In this document: piece by piece, positions 60,850-64,000 of the stretch | Layout of the letters: each line of letters begins with the position of its first letter | Position numbering within the stretch: position 1 is the first letter of the stretch | Source: Octopus bimaculoides | Taxonomy: Eukaryota | NCBI RefSeq assembly: GCF_001194135.2 | Contig: NC_068984.1 | Span: 92,845,891 to 92,909,890 of the forward strand | DNA length: 64,000 bases | Reading direction: 5' to 3' | Notes under the pieces: generated by a model | Databases searched by the model: none | Seen by the model: only the letters and a program-made list of their open reading frames with translations | What the model was told of the DNA's origin: nothing | Program-made: the position numbers and the translations under genes

Positions 60850-63700
60850 ACATGAGCTTTCGAAGAAAACCAACCAATTCATATGAAGAATGTAGTGAAA
60901 AGCTTTCTTCTTTGACAGAAAAGTTAAATCAAATGTCAAACTTGAACATGGTGACCTACTAAGAAAAGTATTCAAATACAGGGGGAATCCATCGACAAAC
61001 TAATACCTAACTAGATTTGAAGAGGAATTATATGGTTAAGAATATGAAGTTTAGGAAATCCCCTAGAAGGTACAATATACATCAGCAGAAAATCAGAAAA
61101 GTACTTGATAACATCAAGAAAGCTCCAGGGATGCTTGTACCAGTGGACAAAACAAATAACATTTACATTGATAATATTGAGTTATATAAGTCTATGATTA
61201 GGAAGGAACTACTCAGTAAATACAAGCATGCTAGTAATGACACGGGATTTACCAATAGATGATAAAACTGAGCCACATGTCCCTAGAAAACCTGAATTGT
61301 GCTTAAGGACCATAAACCTAACTTTCTTATTGACCCCTCAATTAGACTGATTTGGTCTTCTAAATTCGACATAGGGATTATTAGTAAGAAAATCATTGAT
61401 AGAGTACCACCCACCCTTAAGTCTAAAATTAAATTAGCCTGCTGGTTAGATACCCAAGAGGTGGTTGAATGGCTTAAGCTGCACGAAATTAGCAAGAATA
61501 GTAAATTCTTGCAACTAGATATAGAGAGTTATTACGCCACTATTAACCCGATTGTCCTCAGTAAAGCCACGATTTATAGTATAAGAAATTCTGATTTGTC
61601 CTGATGCGAAATAGATATAATACTTGCCACAAGAGGGACTTTAGTAGATTATGATGTTAGATTATGGAGTAATTTAGATAGAGAGAATGCTTTTGATATA
61701 GCAATGGAGTTACCTGACTCTGCACAGGTCACAGGCCTAGTTGGAATATATATCCTTTCATTAATCCACTCTTCCTTTCCGAAAGTAACAGAGGGTTTAT
61801 ATAGGGATGATGCCCTATTTTTTCTGCACAGAAGTAGTAAAGTACAATTAGAAAGACATAGGAAGCATTTATTTAGATTTTTTTAAAATTTAGGACGAAA
61901 CGTTACAATGGGAAAAGATTATCATAGAGTAAATTTTCTTGATGCTACCTTCTATCTTGATACTGGATTATTTGAACCATTTTATTATCCAAATGATCAT
62001 ATTAAGTACATAAATGTAGCATCGAACCATCCACCGTCAATAATATGGGGATTAGTTAAGACTATTTCTACAAGAATTTCTAGATTATCCGCTAATAAAA
62101 AAAATTTTTGAATCACATGCATCTTATAATACTGCTTTTGCTAGAGCTGGATACTGAGTAAATTCAATATATACAAGAAACAGACATACACAACACCGTC
62201 AATTCCTCCAATAATAATACACATTGTACACCATCACAACATTATGGTATAAGAACTTACTCAGATTGAGAATACAATTTGAGAAGAATTGGTCCAGGCA
62301 ATGAACTACCAACAAAAACTCATTGACACACAAGACACAATAATCCAACTGCTCATTACACAGTAAATTGTTCCAATCCTGTACAACACACTAGAACAAA
62401 TGAGCCAAACAACAGATATAGGAATCAGGATATCCTCTGGTTCGACCAAATTTTCGGTTTGCATGTTTCAACGAAGATTGCTGGAAAATTTTTTGCCGCT
62501 TTAGACAAATGTTTCCCTAAATCTAATAGATCCCATGCTACTTTTAATTGGCACACCGTGAAGGTGTCTTACACTAACTCTACTAATTAGCAACATATGC
62601 ACCGCATAAACCACAGTAAAATGCAGCAACAGTTCAATAACCCATCTACTGGATCTAACAAACATACACATCTAAATATGAAGGAGATGTAAGCTGCAAT
62701 GAAGAGCACTAAATACAGCCAAATTGTGATAGTAGAAATGATTGTGATAAAGCTAACACGGTAACAACATCATAAAATGAAGTTAGAACTGCCATATATA
62801 CAAATAAATATGATAAATGCTCATGCACAGAAAAATCAAAATGCCTATCGATGAACCTTTGTATGAGTACAAATCTTGTATATAAATGTACCGTGCACAC
62901 AAGGGGAGGACCGTATGTTGTAAGTTTCAAGAGAATCAATAAGAGGCATTCAACATCTTTGGCCAATTTTGTGTGGCGACTGAAGGAAGAAAAAATTAAG
63001 TATAAAATAACTTGGTCCATAGTAAAGCACGCAAAATCATACAATATCATTTCCAGGAGATGTCAACTCTGTTCCGAAGAATCCCTGACTATTTTGTGGA
63101 CCAATGAGAAGATCATTAATAGAATTTCTGAAAGACTTTCGAGATACCGACATGCATACAAACGTACTTTCACATAATGCAGTGGGAATGAATTTGAGTA
63201 GTTGTTAACATAATTTATTCTTATAAACACCAAGTAGTTATTTAACTCACTATATGAACATGTGTGCACCAAACCACACGTATGCGTATGCTTACATTTT
63301 CGTGGATGCTTGTACGATCAAGTGTACATGCACCGTGCATCTTGTGCGAGGGTGTTTATGAATCCATATCAATTAGTGGTGATTTTTAATAATTTTCTCA
63401 TTGTATTGTGTGTTCATTTCTTCTCCACATCTTTTATTTTATTTTTGATCTTCTATATAAATGAAGATAAATCCTTTGGTTTGCTGCTTTTCTTTATGTG
63501 AAATGAGAAGATGCATTGCAGAACTGTTATTTTAACGAGTTATATATATTTATCACCTGAAGAGACATATCTGCACCATCAGATGCCTCTGAACTAGTTG
63601 TTAAATATCCCACCTGTGAGGGATCGATTCTAGATGTGTCAAAACAATTGTAATAAATAAAAATTCTCGTATCTTCCATCTTCCGTCTTTTGTTTACCAT
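60850..63700 (+). mobile_element. Near full-length Penelope-like element (GLYRDD type), disrupted
   Basis: VPVDKTNN, LKDHKPNF, QLDIESYY, EGLYRDDAL, VNFLDATF, SNHPPSII, NLVYKCTV...WSIVKHA...CQLCSEE; same type as 35940-37600. Confidence 0.9.
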
Positions 63701-64000
63701 ATATATATATATATATATATAGATATGCAGGGCAGGGAATCGTCAATTAGTAATAAAATTAATAATCAACAATTTTGCCGGGTAGCTCAGTATGAAAAAA
63801 CCTTCTTCGGTAAAAAATTTATAATCATAAATATATAGGGATTGACAGTAACCTGCTTCTCCAACATACTGAGAATTCAGAAATAGCAGTCAAAGAACTA
63901 CTGATTTCAAAACTACAAATTATTACTCCAGATTGATAGCGATATTTTTGATACACACAGAACAAAAAACAGTAGAGAAGAGTAAAAAACACTTGCCTAT

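Overview
AT-rich, microsatellite-rich, gapped eukaryotic scaffold; the SINE/LINE repertoire points to a coleoid cephalopod, most likely Octopus (inference). One host gene is recognisable: a minus-strand DIPK2A/C3orf58 (DIA1/HASF)-family secretory-pathway kinase-like gene. I assembled it from four GT-AG exons (45833-45246, 26520-26398, 8875-8698, 6346-6021), giving 1215 nt or 404 aa plus stop. Exon 2 is absent from the ORF track. The two ~18-kb introns and the upstream flank are filled with transposon relics: several Penelope-like elements (PLEs), RTE and Tx1/L1-like LINEs, two mariners with TIRs and TA TSDs, hAT and Chapaev-like relics, a Gypsy integrase plus LTR, SINEs and foldback MITEs. The most notable unannotated signals are: (1) six hammerhead-ribozyme-like motifs, mostly at or near PLE ends, one with an intact core (29213-29334, minus); (2) a canonical D-x-K-x-x-N catalytic loop in the DIPK2 protein; (3) a dense intronic CRE/NRF1/double-HSE motif cluster; (4) a co-oriented young LTR and a long inverted repeat directly upstream of the gene. 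No rRNA, bona fide tRNA or CRISPR array was seen. TE boundaries are approximate unless TIR/TSD coordinates are stated.
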